Of a stretch of DNA of 34,973 bases, positions 9,476-19,589 are shown in pieces; positions within the stretch are counted from its first letter, which is position 1; every line of letters starts with the position of its first letter. Source of the DNA: Sphingobacteriales bacterium (GTDB lineage: Bacteria; Bacteroidota; Bacteroidia; Chitinophagales; JAYVJZ01); assembly GCA_043768865.1 (NCBI GenBank), contig JAYVJZ010000156.1, forward strand, positions 1-34,973. The letters run 5' to 3'. The notes under the pieces are model-generated. The model worked only from the letters and a program-made list of their open reading frames with translations. It did no database searches and was not told where the DNA came from. Made by a program: the position numbers and the translations under genes.

Positions 9476-10804
9476 ATGTTTGAAAATTTACAAGACAAAT
9501 TAGAAAAAGCATTTAAGACCTTAAAAGGGCAAGGCAGTATCTCGGAACTAAACATCGCTGAAACGATGAAAGAAATACGCCGTGCCCTCATAGACGCTGA
9601 TGTCAGCTTTGCTGTTGCAAAAGAATTTACTGAAAAAGTACGTGAAAAAGCCTTAGGAGCTAACGTGCTTACGGCGGTAAATCCTAGTCAATTGTTTACT
9701 AAAATAATGTCAGATGAGCTCACTGCCCTCATGGGTGGTAAGGCGATGGAAATACGCCTCGAAGGTACACCTGCCGTGGTTTTAATAGCTGGATTGCAAG
9801 GGTCAGGCAAAACCACATTTACAGGTAAATTAGCTACTTTGCTCACCACCAAAAGAAACAAAAATGTGCTTTTGGTGGCGTGTGATGTTTATCGACCCGC
9901 CGCGATAGAGCAATTGAAGGTGCTCGGAGGCCAAGTGGGCGTAGAGGTATATAGCGAAGTGGATAGCAAAAATCCGGTATCGATTGCATTGAATGCTCTG
10001 GCGTATGCTAAAAAAAATAACAAAAATGTTGTGATAGTTGATACGGCAGGTCGCTTGGCTGTCGATGAGCTGATGATGGAAGAGATTTATAACGTCAAAC
10101 AAGCGATACAACCGAGCGAAACGCTTTTTGTAGTGGATAGTATGACGGGACAAGATGCCGTAAACACGGCCAAGGCATTCAACGATCGCATTGATTTTGA
10201 CGGAGTGGTGTTGTCTAAATTAGACGGTGATACCCGAGGTGGGGCTGCACTTTCGATTAAATATACAGTCAATAAGCCGATTAAATTCATGTCGAGCGGC
10301 GAGAAAATGGACACCCTTGATGTATTTTATCCCGATCGGATGGCACAGCGTATCTTAGGCATGGGGGATATAGTATCGCTCGTAGAACGCGCTCAGGAGC
10401 AGTTTGATGCTAAGGAGTCGGCGAAGCTAGAGGCGAAGATGAAGAAAAATAAATTTGATTTTGATGATTTTCTGTCCCAGCTCAATCAAATTCAAAAAAT
10501 GGGGAATATCAAAGACCTACTCGGTATGATACCCGGAATAGGCAAGGCTGTCAAGGATATAGACATCAGCAACGATTCGTTCAAAAAAATAAAAGCCTTG
10601 ATACAGAGCATGACCGCAATAGAGCGTGCACAGCCAGATCTGTTGAACGGCAGTCGCCGTGCACGTATAGCAAAAGGCAGTGGCAACACGATACAAGAAG
10701 TGAATCAATTCATTAAACAATTTGAAGAAATGAAAAAAATGATGGCATCTATGAATAAAATGCAAGGCAAGGGCATGGGAATGAAAAATCCATTTGGTCG
10801 CTAA
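9476..10804 (+). CDS. ffh: Signal recognition particle protein Ffh
   Basis: MFENL start, GLQGSGKTT P-loop, DVYRPAA, DTAGR, SKLDGDTRGGAALS, and M domain with SRRARIAKGSG. Confidence 0.98.
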   Translation: MFENLQDKLEKAFKTLKGQGSISELNIAETMKEIRRALIDADVSFAVAKEFTEKVREKALGANVLTAVNPSQLFTKIMSDELTALMGGKAMEIRLEGTPAVVLIAGLQGSGKTTFTGKLATLLTTKRNKNVLLVACDVYRPAAIEQLKVLGGQVGVEVYSEVDSKNPVSIALNALAYAKKNNKNVVIVDTAGRLAVDELMMEEIYNVKQAIQPSETLFVVDSMTGQDAVNTAKAFNDRIDFDGVVLSKLDGDTRGGAALSIKYTVNKPIKFMSSGEKMDTLDVFYPDRMAQRILGMGDIVSLVERAQEQFDAKESAKLEAKMKKNKFDFDDFLSQLNQIQKMGNIKDLLGMIPGIGKAVKDIDISNDSFKKIKALIQSMTAIERAQPDLLNGSRRARIAKGSGNTIQEVNQFIKQFEEMKKMMASMNKMQGKGMGMKNPFGR

Positions 10805-11281
10805 TGTTTTCGATTGTCCCATTGCAGCACTTTTTTTAACATATATCAGCAGGCAACTTTGCGTCGGTAGCGGCTACATATAGTTCTGTTGCAACCTTAC
10901 ATCTATTGCTATTGCGGTTTAGTTCAGTGTTTCAATAAAATAGATTGAGGGCATCATTTTTTTATCTTATTACGATTCAAAAGCCAATAGGCTTGGACTA
11001 TATGTTGCAGTTCAGTACAAAAGGTACATTGTTTTATCACAAATCCCATTATGTTTGATTGATATACAATGACGATAGGGCATCATTTTTTATTTTATGG
11101 GTACCTAAAGACACACAATAGCAATGTTAAAATAAGTATAAAACAAGGTATGAATGAACAGCAACTAATTTCGCATCGATACAATAATACTAGCTATGCC
11201 ACAACTCAACCTCTCGCTATGTCATTCGCTACAACACTAGCTGACGTTGTATATTCATACTACATCACAACCAGAACTGCG

Positions 11282-14200
11282 TCATTGAGGAGCATCATAA
11301 AACCCAGCTTTTATGCGGTTAGCGTAGTAGTATAGTTTTGCAAAAAACTGATGTGGGTGGAATGGCTTGCTGATATAATCTGTCATGCCCGATGCTATAA
11401 TTTGGTCTTTTAGTTCATCGAGATTAGAAGCTGATAGTGCGATGATAGGTAGGTTAGGCTTGGTTTTGCGTATTTCTTTAGTGGCTTCAAATCCATCCAT
11501 AATCGGCATTTGAATATCCATAAGCACTAGGTCATAATGGTTGGAAGCACAGCGGGCAACGGCTTCGGTGCCGTCGCCACATATATCAAGCACTACATCG
11601 CTTTTGCGAAGCATTTTGGTCAATACCCAAACATTAGAAGGAGTATCTTCAGCAACCAAAATGCGAATCCCTTGTAGTTTGTGTTCGCTCTCGTGTATAG
11701 CTTTTGCGTCTATATCGGCTTGGTGCAGTTCGCTTTTGTACAATTGTAGCGTAAAACTAAACGAAGCCCCCTTGCCTAACTCGCTCACCAACGATATCTT
11801 GCTTCCCAATTCTTGCAATATGGTTTTAACAATTGCTAAGCCGATACCTGTACCGCCATATTTTCGGGTTACTTCGATGTTTTCTTGTTCAAAAAATTCA
11901 AAAATCTTGTCTTGCTTATCGGGTGCGATTCCTTTGCCGGTGTCGCTCACCATGAAGTTGACATAATACAAATCGGCCTCTTGTTTTTCTAGTGCTACAT
12001 TCACTTTTATTTCGCCGTTTTGAGTAAATTTTGAAGCGTTCGTTACTAGATTATTGATCACTTGATTAATCCGAATTTCATCACCCTTGACGTCTAAGGG
12101 CAGCCGTGGATCATACACTAGCTCCATCTTGTTGTTGTTATTAAACATAAAAGACTTGTTGCCGGCAAGTATCGATTTTAATGATTGAAACAAATTGAAG
12201 TCTATGTTTTTTATTTCTATTTTACCAGAATCCAATCGATTATAAAAAAGTATATCATCGATAAGATTTAGCAAATTATTAGCTGCAAACTTAATATTGC
12301 TCAGCGGCTCTATTTGCGGCTCACTTGGTGCCTCGTCTAACAATATATGCGTCAAACCTATCACAGCGTTGAGAGGGGTTTTTATCTCATGGCTCATTAC
12401 GGATAAAAAATCGCTTTTGGCTTTAGCCGTGTTCAAGGCTTCGCTTTTTTGTTTTTCTAATAACAATTTATTCTTTTGTTCTGTGATGTCAATAATCAAA
12501 ATCACGACGCCGCTAGCTTCATTTTCTTGGTTTTTGACAGGGTTAAAATGAATAGAATAAAATTTGATAGTGCCTGCAATATCGATTTCACGTTCTATGA
12601 ATATAGTTTGTCCTTTGAGGCAGGCATCGACTTGTTTTAAATAATATTCTTTTTCTTGTGGGTTCGACTTTTCTAAAATCTTAACTATAGAAAGGGTTTC
12701 ATTTGTGTTGTTTTTAGTGTATCCTTGTGGCTCGAGTATTTGGGTATAATACGCCTGATTATACATTTGAATAGTATAATTAGTATCGACCAATACAATC
12801 GCATCTTGAATGCTTTCTATAACTGAAAACAGTTGCTCTTGCTGCTTTTTAACAGAATTTTCGCTTTTTTTCAATTCATTGATATTCGATAATGCAACTA
12901 TAACGGTAGGTTGAACAGAAGGAAGTTCGATATAGGTTATACGGGCTCGCTCCCACCCACGGTGGCGTTCCCAATATTCGTGCTCAGAGTTTTGTTTCAA
13001 TTCAAATGCCTTACGTACATTTTTTGATAAATATTTTGAACTAAAATGCAAGTGCTCCTGCTCTAATGATATTCCTATCATTTGTGTAATTGGCAAAGGC
13101 AGTATGCCTTCGTTTGCACTCCATATATTTAGAATACATAGACTATTATCGATTTCTAAAACTACATCGTTCAGCGATTGTATTATTGCGTTGAGTTGCA
13201 CCTCTTGTGAGTGTATTTTGGCTTCTATTTGTTTGCGTTCTGTAACGTCTTTTATACAACCTGCTATGCCTATTACCTGATTGTTGTGTTTGATTGGGTT
13301 CAAGGTACAATCAAAAAAATAAATAGTATTCTTATAAGGAAATTCAAAATTATAATTAATGTTTTGCCCTGATAGACACGACTCAAATATAGGAAGACAT
13401 CGTTGAAAAAACACTTCGCCTATTGATGTTTTTATGTGTTCACCGAGTACGATTTCTAAACCAAAAAACGACCATAAATTACTAAAAAAACGGGCGTTGA
13501 ATGCGGTAACTACATAGGAGTTGTCCATAGACCAAATGCACTCGTCTAGGCTGTTTATCAAAAATTCTGTGTTGTTTTGAACGGTCGCTAGGGCCTGCTT
13601 AGTAGTATAAAGTTCAGTTATGTTTTTAGATGAAATAGATACTTTTCTTAGTTGTCCCGGTGCTTCGGTTTCTGCTTTTACAATATTGATTTTTGCAGAA
13701 TAATACTCCCCCTTTTTTAGCCTCGATTCATATTCATATACTACTTCTTGCCCCGAGGCCAAGCAGCTATTTAACTGTTCCATAAAATCTTCTGCATTTA
13801 CTGCACCTTGTATTTCGCCTATTGTTTTACCAACATATTTTTCACTTATTGTTTTTAAAAAATATTCATCTTTGGTCCAAACACTCAGATAAGTACCAAG
13901 TTCGTCCATCACTATTATCACCTCATCGAGCGATTCTATTATTGCTTTTAATTGTCCTTGTTTGTTCAATATTTCGTGCTCTTGCGATTTTCGTAGTGCA
14001 ATATTTTTACTGTTAATAGTCGCCCCAATCACTTGATTATCCTTGCTGTATATGGGTTTGTAGAATAGCTCCGAGTGCAATTTGGCGTTATTGAAATACA
14101 TAAATTCCGTATAAAACGTCTCGCCGTCTAAGCAGCGTTTATACATTATTTCAAACGCATTATTCAACTCTACATTATATGCATGAAGCATATTTAGGCT

Positions 14201-15412
14201 CGTCTGTGGGGCAACTTTACAAAAATGCAAACTCGCTTTTGCGAACGATTGATTAAACGAAAGCAGTTTATAATTCTTGTCAATAGCCCACATTAGGTCG
14301 TCAGTATTGTCTATCATTACTTGGGCTGTGTTCTTTTGCAGCTCTACGTTTGTGATGTTTTTTATGGTTACAACATATACATGTTCATCTATATTTTTGT
14401 TTATTTTGCGGATAGTAGCTAAAAAAACGTCATTCGATTTTTCAGCAAGTTGATATGTAATTTCTACTATATTTTCAGTAGCCGCTTTGAGCAAGGCATC
14501 GTCAAAAAGCTGTGCTATCGGCGGAGGTAAGATTTGCGTATTTTTTTTACCAATGAAATAAGACTTTTCAAAGTATAAATTCTCGGGGGCATTGGTCCAA
14601 ACGTTTTTATAAACGCCGTCTTTGTCTATTTCAAATACAATATCATCGATAGAAGCAATGATAGTTTCTAGCTGCTTTTGTTGCGATTGAAGTTCTATTA
14701 TTTTTTCGTTGCGCTCGCTTACATTACGAGATATACCGCCGACATAGAGCACCTCTTCGTTCTGCTCATCGTATATAGGAAAGAGATAATTTTCAAAATA
14801 ATGAATGGTGTTTTCATGTTCAATTGCATCGTCAAATCGTAATTCTTTACCCTTGAAAACGGCATCGTAACTTTTTTTCCAAAATTCAAAAAGGGCCGGC
14901 GTCAGCCCATTCAATACACTATCGTTGAGGTGTGTGGGGGTGAGCTTGTAGAGCTTTTCAATTCTTAAAAACTCATCGTTGCTGTATATTAATTGATATT
15001 CAAAGTTGATGCACCACGCTACATCGTGCGTATTTTCTAATAATAAATTTTGAAGATTAGGAACTACTTTTTCTTGCTGCACTTTATTTTGTTTAGGAAT
15101 AAAAGCAAGTAGTTTTTTGAGTTTTAAATGTAGCAGTGGCAGATCAGTAGGGGCGAATAATGCCTCAAAAGCAGTGTGCGATTTTGAAGCATAAAGAGTT
15201 GCTATATCGTTGATGCTCTCACTTACAAAAAGCAATGGCAACCCGCTATCAACGCCTTCATACCTCAGTTGGTCGGTGAGTATAAATGCAGCCTCTTTTG
15301 TCGAATTATTTTCAATTATACTAACGGAAACGTCGGCTGAGGTATCAAGCAACAACTTTTTAATTACTTTTTCTAAAGTAGTATTTTTAATATTAAAATA
15401 GCACGCTAACAA
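11282..15412 (-). CDS. Cytoplasmic multi-PAS hybrid sensor histidine kinase/response regulator
   Basis: Seven PAS-like units, H-box FLSVMSHEIKTPLN, NLVTNASKFT, DTGKGI, GGTGIGL, and a C-terminal receiver (AED...DLVLMDIQMP...SKP). No transmembrane segment seen. The TTG start is uncertain. Confidence 0.92.
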   Translation of the reverse strand: MLACYFNIKNTTLEKVIKKLLLDTSADVSVSIIENNSTKEAAFILTDQLRYEGVDSGLPLLFVSESINDIATLYASKSHTAFEALFAPTDLPLLHLKLKKLLAFIPKQNKVQQEKVVPNLQNLLLENTHDVAWCINFEYQLIYSNDEFLRIEKLYKLTPTHLNDSVLNGLTPALFEFWKKSYDAVFKGKELRFDDAIEHENTIHYFENYLFPIYDEQNEEVLYVGGISRNVSERNEKIIELQSQQKQLETIIASIDDIVFEIDKDGVYKNVWTNAPENLYFEKSYFIGKKNTQILPPPIAQLFDDALLKAATENIVEITYQLAEKSNDVFLATIRKINKNIDEHVYVVTIKNITNVELQKNTAQVMIDNTDDLMWAIDKNYKLLSFNQSFAKASLHFCKVAPQTSLNMLHAYNVELNNAFEIMYKRCLDGETFYTEFMYFNNAKLHSELFYKPIYSKDNQVIGATINSKNIALRKSQEHEILNKQGQLKAIIESLDEVIIVMDELGTYLSVWTKDEYFLKTISEKYVGKTIGEIQGAVNAEDFMEQLNSCLASGQEVVYEYESRLKKGEYYSAKINIVKAETEAPGQLRKVSISSKNITELYTTKQALATVQNNTEFLINSLDECIWSMDNSYVVTAFNARFFSNLWSFFGLEIVLGEHIKTSIGEVFFQRCLPIFESCLSGQNINYNFEFPYKNTIYFFDCTLNPIKHNNQVIGIAGCIKDVTERKQIEAKIHSQEVQLNAIIQSLNDVVLEIDNSLCILNIWSANEGILPLPITQMIGISLEQEHLHFSSKYLSKNVRKAFELKQNSEHEYWERHRGWERARITYIELPSVQPTVIVALSNINELKKSENSVKKQQEQLFSVIESIQDAIVLVDTNYTIQMYNQAYYTQILEPQGYTKNNTNETLSIVKILEKSNPQEKEYYLKQVDACLKGQTIFIEREIDIAGTIKFYSIHFNPVKNQENEASGVVILIIDITEQKNKLLLEKQKSEALNTAKAKSDFLSVMSHEIKTPLNAVIGLTHILLDEAPSEPQIEPLSNIKFAANNLLNLIDDILFYNRLDSGKIEIKNIDFNLFQSLKSILAGNKSFMFNNNNKMELVYDPRLPLDVKGDEIRINQVINNLVTNASKFTQNGEIKVNVALEKQEADLYYVNFMVSDTGKGIAPDKQDKIFEFFEQENIEVTRKYGGTGIGLAIVKTILQELGSKISLVSELGKGASFSFTLQLYKSELHQADIDAKAIHESEHKLQGIRILVAEDTPSNVWVLTKMLRKSDVVLDICGDGTEAVARCASNHYDLVLMDIQMPIMDGFEATKEIRKTKPNLPIIALSASNLDELKDQIIASGMTDYISKPFHPHQFFAKLYYYANRIKAGFYDAPQ

Positions 15413-15477
15413 ACTAGTATTTATTTAAGACCTAAATATACAGTAAGATTTACTTATTGGGCATAGAAAATATCCAA

Positions 15478-16170
15478 TTATTTGTGCATTTCGTTTCTAA
15501 TTTCTTCCAGGGTTTTGTGAGGATTGTTCAATCGAATGCTATCAGGCATCGCATCAAAGAACTCTTTGTACCCCTGCATACGATTACGGTTATTTTTTCT
15601 GTTTTCTATTATACGAATTAGCACACTTGTCGGGTTGATACTTATTATCTTCACGCCACCCCTGTTCTCGTAATCTTCTTTGCGAAGTAGCGGAGGGGGC
15701 GTGTGTTTGAGAGCTTCGATTATTGACTCTTGTGTTTTTTGAATAAAATCTTTGTCCATTTTTTTGTTGGTAAACACCGTTCCAAATTGCGCCCTATTTG
15801 GATAAGCTATAATGCTGACCTCACGTAGGGTCAGCGTGTCTCTGAACATCAATACCTCAAAATCGATAGTGTCGTCGTAGTATAAATAAGGTAATTCTAC
15901 TACCGTGTTTTTGAATCCAATAGCACTAAAGGTGATGCTCGCACTCGTGTAGGTTATGATTTGAAAATCACCTTGCTTGTCTGCTACGCCGCCCGTTTGG
16001 GTTATCTTATTTATAATGCCTGCATAGGCTATCGGTGCATTGTTGCTCACATCTACGACCTTGCCTTGCATGATTACTCGTTTGGCCTGTGCCGTACTTT
16101 TTGAATACGTAAACACTGCCAATAGCAAACTGAATATCAGTATAAGATGGATGCTTGCCCTATGCTTCAT
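15478..16170 (-). CDS. Exported protein with carboxypeptidase regulatory-like (CarboxypepD_reg) domain
   Basis: Signal peptide ending AQA, then GKVVD...APIAYA.I...ADKQGDF.I...FSAIGFK...LREVSI. Confidence 0.8.
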   Translation of the reverse strand: MKHRASIHLILIFSLLLAVFTYSKSTAQAKRVIMQGKVVDVSNNAPIAYAGIINKITQTGGVADKQGDFQIITYTSASITFSAIGFKNTVVELPYLYYDDTIDFEVLMFRDTLTLREVSIIAYPNRAQFGTVFTNKKMDKDFIQKTQESIIEALKHTPPPLLRKEDYENRGGVKIISINPTSVLIRIIENRKNNRNRMQGYKEFFDAMPDSIRLNNPHKTLEEIRNEMHK

Positions 16171-16194
16171 AGTCTGTTGAGATGAGGTTGTAGG

Positions 16195-18378
16195 CTAATG
16201 TTGTATGATAATTTTACGCATAATTTGGTCGGTATTACTTTGCAATACTACAACGTAAACGCCATTGATTAAGTTACTAGTTTCAATAAAATTGGAATAA
16301 GTTACATCTTTATACATCAGTAAGCGACCGGACAAATCCAACACTTTTAGTAGTTTCATGTTTTGGCTATTGTTATTATATTCAACAAAAAAACCGTTGC
16401 TCGTAGGGTTAGGGTACAATAGCAAATCGACTTTGGGGGCGGTGTTGTCAATAGCTAAATATGCTGTATCGCTTGTATAGCAACATAGGCCGCCACGCAT
16501 ATTGCCAACTATAACATCAAAAAATCCGTCGTTGTCAATATCTTCTATACAAGGCGATGAAAATTTGCCTTTGCTCAACAGCAGATAATTACTATCAATC
16601 TTAGTAAATGTACTCCCACTGATAGTGTCAATAGCATTGTACCGAAACACTCGTCCACATTCGCTTCCCACCAATAACTCATACACGCCTGAGGTTATTT
16701 TTTTGGTTAAATGAGGCTTGCTGTATCCCGTTGTAGAATTGTATCGCACATCTACCTCGCCCCATTTGTTGTCAATCAATGTAAAGACGGCAGCACTTGC
16801 TGTGCCTATGTTTTTATAATAAAATATCCTGCCTTGTATCTCACCAATCAGCAAATCCAACAACCCATCTTCGTCCACATCGACCAACTGTGGTGCGCTT
16901 ATCGACCCAACATCTATGCCTTGGTAGTTGCTAATAGGCGGTGCAAACACCATACTAGCTCCACTAGAGATGTTTTCTAAAAATAACAAAATACCCGCAC
17001 TCGTGCCTACTACCATATCCATATCGCCATCAGTATCTAAGTCGCCAAAGGTAGGAAAGAGGTTGGTAAGTCCGTATGAGCGCGTGTTGAGCCAGTTGCG
17101 TGTGATGAGCTGATAGGCGGGCTGTGTGGTCGTCCCCACGTTTTGATACAACGTCAATGCCGACTCTTCCACCAAGCCACTCGGATACCCATAATAGCTG
17201 TTGTTGCCGACTACCATGTCTTTCAATCCATCGCTATTCACGTCTATCAATACGGGATACGCATTTTTTCCCACATCTACCATGTCGCCTATTATAAACG
17301 AATCGCTCACCAACACAAACGAATCGTTAGTGATACCAATGTTTTTATAGTACGACACGTTATCTAAATATTTCGTGTTGTTTGTTAAGTTCGTACTCAC
17401 CAACATGTCTTTTTTTGCATCGTTGTTCACATCTGCATAAAACGCCGCCGGAAATACCGCTACATCAACTGCTGTGGAGTAACTCGGATAGTTATAAGCA
17501 ACCGACCCAATAGTTGCATAACTTGCTGTACCTTCATTGACAAGATGCGTCAATGAATGATATGAAACATCGCCTAGCAACACATCGATATCGCCGTCAT
17601 AATCATAATCAAATGCAGTAATACTTGACCCTGTGTGTGGCTCGCTCGTCTGCCCCGCAGCCATATTGCTCATTTTGCATGTTATGCCAGTCGCTATTGT
17701 ATAATCGATTGCACTCTCTTTGACATTCCCCCAACAGGCAGTGTTTTGTATGAACACTAACGAATCGCAGCCATACCCGAGCTCTTGACTTTGGTTTTGA
17801 TAATATTCTATGAAATCGCCACTAAAGGAAAACGTCAAAATATCCACATCATTATCATTGTCCATATCCACAAATGAGGGCAGGTCCAATTGGGTAATAT
17901 AAATATTAGGGTCGATAGTGCCACCAGGAAATCGAAGTACATTTTTAGCTAACGAATACGTAAAACCTGCACTAGGACTATATGAGCCGCTATATACTTT
18001 GGCGCCTGCCAAGCCTTGAGAATACGTAAATAGATCAAGCACACCATCGCAATTATAATCTTTAAGTAAGCACCATGAGGCAAGATCGGTGGGCAATTGC
18101 ATATAGTTTTGATGTGATTTAGTATATACTCCATCGTCAGTTTGCAGATAGAGACTAACGCTATTGTCGCACTTTTCAAACACAAACAAATCTTGTTTGC
18201 CGTCATTATTCAAATCAATATTTGAAAATTGCGGGGCATTCATGCCACCCTCCCACGCCCTGCTATAGCTGATACCGGACTCCATTTTGACCTCAATATC
18301 AAAGCGTTGATACATCGGCTGAGCGGTTGTAATTAAGGTACTACAGAGCAGCCCGACGAGTACCAATATTCGGAACAT
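16195..18378 (-). CDS. FG-GAP/VCBS-repeat protein with T9SS type-A sorting domain
   Basis: Signal peptide; many DxDxDG-type loops (DLNNDGKQD, DYNCDGVLD, DYDYDGDID, DVNSDGLKD, DLDTDGDMD, DVDEDGLLD, DIDNDGFFD); C-terminal LYPNPT...DLSGR...GVYVV...KIII. Confidence 0.9.
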   Translation of the reverse strand: MFRILVLVGLLCSTLITTAQPMYQRFDIEVKMESGISYSRAWEGGMNAPQFSNIDLNNDGKQDLFVFEKCDNSVSLYLQTDDGVYTKSHQNYMQLPTDLASWCLLKDYNCDGVLDLFTYSQGLAGAKVYSGSYSPSAGFTYSLAKNVLRFPGGTIDPNIYITQLDLPSFVDMDNDNDVDILTFSFSGDFIEYYQNQSQELGYGCDSLVFIQNTACWGNVKESAIDYTIATGITCKMSNMAAGQTSEPHTGSSITAFDYDYDGDIDVLLGDVSYHSLTHLVNEGTASYATIGSVAYNYPSYSTAVDVAVFPAAFYADVNNDAKKDMLVSTNLTNNTKYLDNVSYYKNIGITNDSFVLVSDSFIIGDMVDVGKNAYPVLIDVNSDGLKDMVVGNNSYYGYPSGLVEESALTLYQNVGTTTQPAYQLITRNWLNTRSYGLTNLFPTFGDLDTDGDMDMVVGTSAGILLFLENISSGASMVFAPPISNYQGIDVGSISAPQLVDVDEDGLLDLLIGEIQGRIFYYKNIGTASAAVFTLIDNKWGEVDVRYNSTTGYSKPHLTKKITSGVYELLVGSECGRVFRYNAIDTISGSTFTKIDSNYLLLSKGKFSSPCIEDIDNDGFFDVIVGNMRGGLCCYTSDTAYLAIDNTAPKVDLLLYPNPTSNGFFVEYNNNSQNMKLLKVLDLSGRLLMYKDVTYSNFIETSNLINGVYVVVLQSNTDQIMRKIIIQH

Positions 18379-18427
18379 AATTTTTTTTTGTAGGATTAAT
18401 AAGAATAAAATTTTAACTCAATTAAAA

Positions 18428-18441
18428 CAAAAGTACATTTG
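18428..18441. promoter_or_regulatory. Overlapping bidirectional -7 elements CAAAAGTACATTTG
   Basis: Reads TACATTTG on + (18434-18441) and TACTTTTG on - (18435-18428); centred between the divergent start codons at 18378 and 18488. Confidence 0.7.
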
Positions 18442-18487
18442 TAAAATTACATAATTTTTTTTACGCTTTTTTATTTTTTAACTGAAT

Positions 18488-19075
18488 ATGATTTTAATAG
18501 ACCAAATATTCATAAGTAACGATATTATCACAGAGCAGTTCATTTGCGATTTAGATAAATGCAAAGGGGCTTGTTGCATTGAGGGAGACGGGGGTGCTCC
18601 TTTGTTAGACGGCGAGGCTGAATTGCTCAGTGCGATTTACGAAAAAGTAAAACCCTATCTCGTGCAGAGCGGCATCGAAGCCATTGAGCAACAAGGGTTT
18701 TACACGCAATCTGATAACAAAAAGGTTACGCCGCTAGTCAACGGTGGGGCTTGTGCATACTTAACTTGGGACGGTTTAGTGTCGAAATGTGGTATCGAAA
18801 AAGCCTGGGAAGAAGGAAAAATCGAGTTCCAAAAACCTATCTCCTGCCATCTCTATCCCATACGCATCGATGCTATAGGCGAAACCGAAGCCCTCAATTA
18901 TTACTTTTGGGATATATGCAGTGCTGCGTGCAAGTTGGGCAAAAAACACAAAACTCCCGTGTATCAATTCTTAAAAGAACCTTTGATACGCAAATATGGT
19001 GAGGCATTTTATGAAAAATTAGACGCTACTGCCAAGCATCTCGCCGAGCAAGCCGATGCTGAGTCGCTCGATTAA
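18488..19075 (+). CDS. DUF3109 family Cys-rich protein
   Basis: FICDLDKCKGACCIEGDGGAPL, CAY, CGIEKA, KPISCHLYPIR, WDICSAAC and FLKEPLIRKYG motifs. Confidence 0.9.
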   Translation: MILIDQIFISNDIITEQFICDLDKCKGACCIEGDGGAPLLDGEAELLSAIYEKVKPYLVQSGIEAIEQQGFYTQSDNKKVTPLVNGGACAYLTWDGLVSKCGIEKAWEEGKIEFQKPISCHLYPIRIDAIGETEALNYYFWDICSAACKLGKKHKTPVYQFLKEPLIRKYGEAFYEKLDATAKHLAEQADAESLD

Positions 19076-19494
19076 GAATTTAACCTAAAAAAATCAGATA
19101 GCAGCCGTAACGTTACACTGTTTTCCTCATTTGTCATTTTAGATAAATAGGGAAAATATTCATCGTCAGTGAAATTATCAAGCGTCTTCAGCGATGTGTT
19201 GTAGCTTTTGAAAGCCATGTTCCATCGGTCGAACACCCGACTGCCTACTTGGTTATGTTGCAACTTAACGACATTTTCATGGCGGTGGTCGAGGGTAATT
19301 TTATTGAAGAGCTTCATCACTTTATCGGTTTCGCCTTCTAGTATTTGAAAGAAAAAACCATTGCAATAGACCAAGATACCCGTAACACCAATCGCTGAGT
19401 TGGAAGTTATCGCCTTGTCAAGTATAGTAACAAAATCCTCTTTTTTGAGGCCTGATTTGGCAGTGCTAATGTAAGATAATTGAGTTGTTTTCAT
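19072..19494 (-). CDS. Stand-alone BLUF-domain blue-light sensor
   Basis: LSYIS (Tyr), SN..IGVTGIL, FFQILEG (Gln), I..DHRH..V and F.RWNM (Trp/Met); 140 aa with no output domain. Confidence 0.93.
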   Translation of the reverse strand: MKTTQLSYISTAKSGLKKEDFVTILDKAITSNSAIGVTGILVYCNGFFFQILEGETDKVMKLFNKITLDHRHENVVKLQHNQVGSRVFDRWNMAFKSYNTSLKTLDNFTDDEYFPYLSKMTNEENSVTLRLLSDFFRLNS

Positions 19495-19589
19495 AATATA
19501 ATTTTACAAAAATGCATAAAAAAGCACGTCAATTATAAAATGCAGTATTTATATAACTTATATTTAATATTATGCTTCATAATCAAAAA

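Noticed and set aside
8943-11281. SRP RNA (ffs) beside ffh
   Set aside because: I found no CAGG...GNRA...AGCA helix-8 signature in either flank.
10805-11335. Spacer between ffh and the kinase, and ORF 11069-11335
   Set aside because: The ORF overlaps the kinase end on the opposite strand and has no recognisable features; no convincing hairpin was found.
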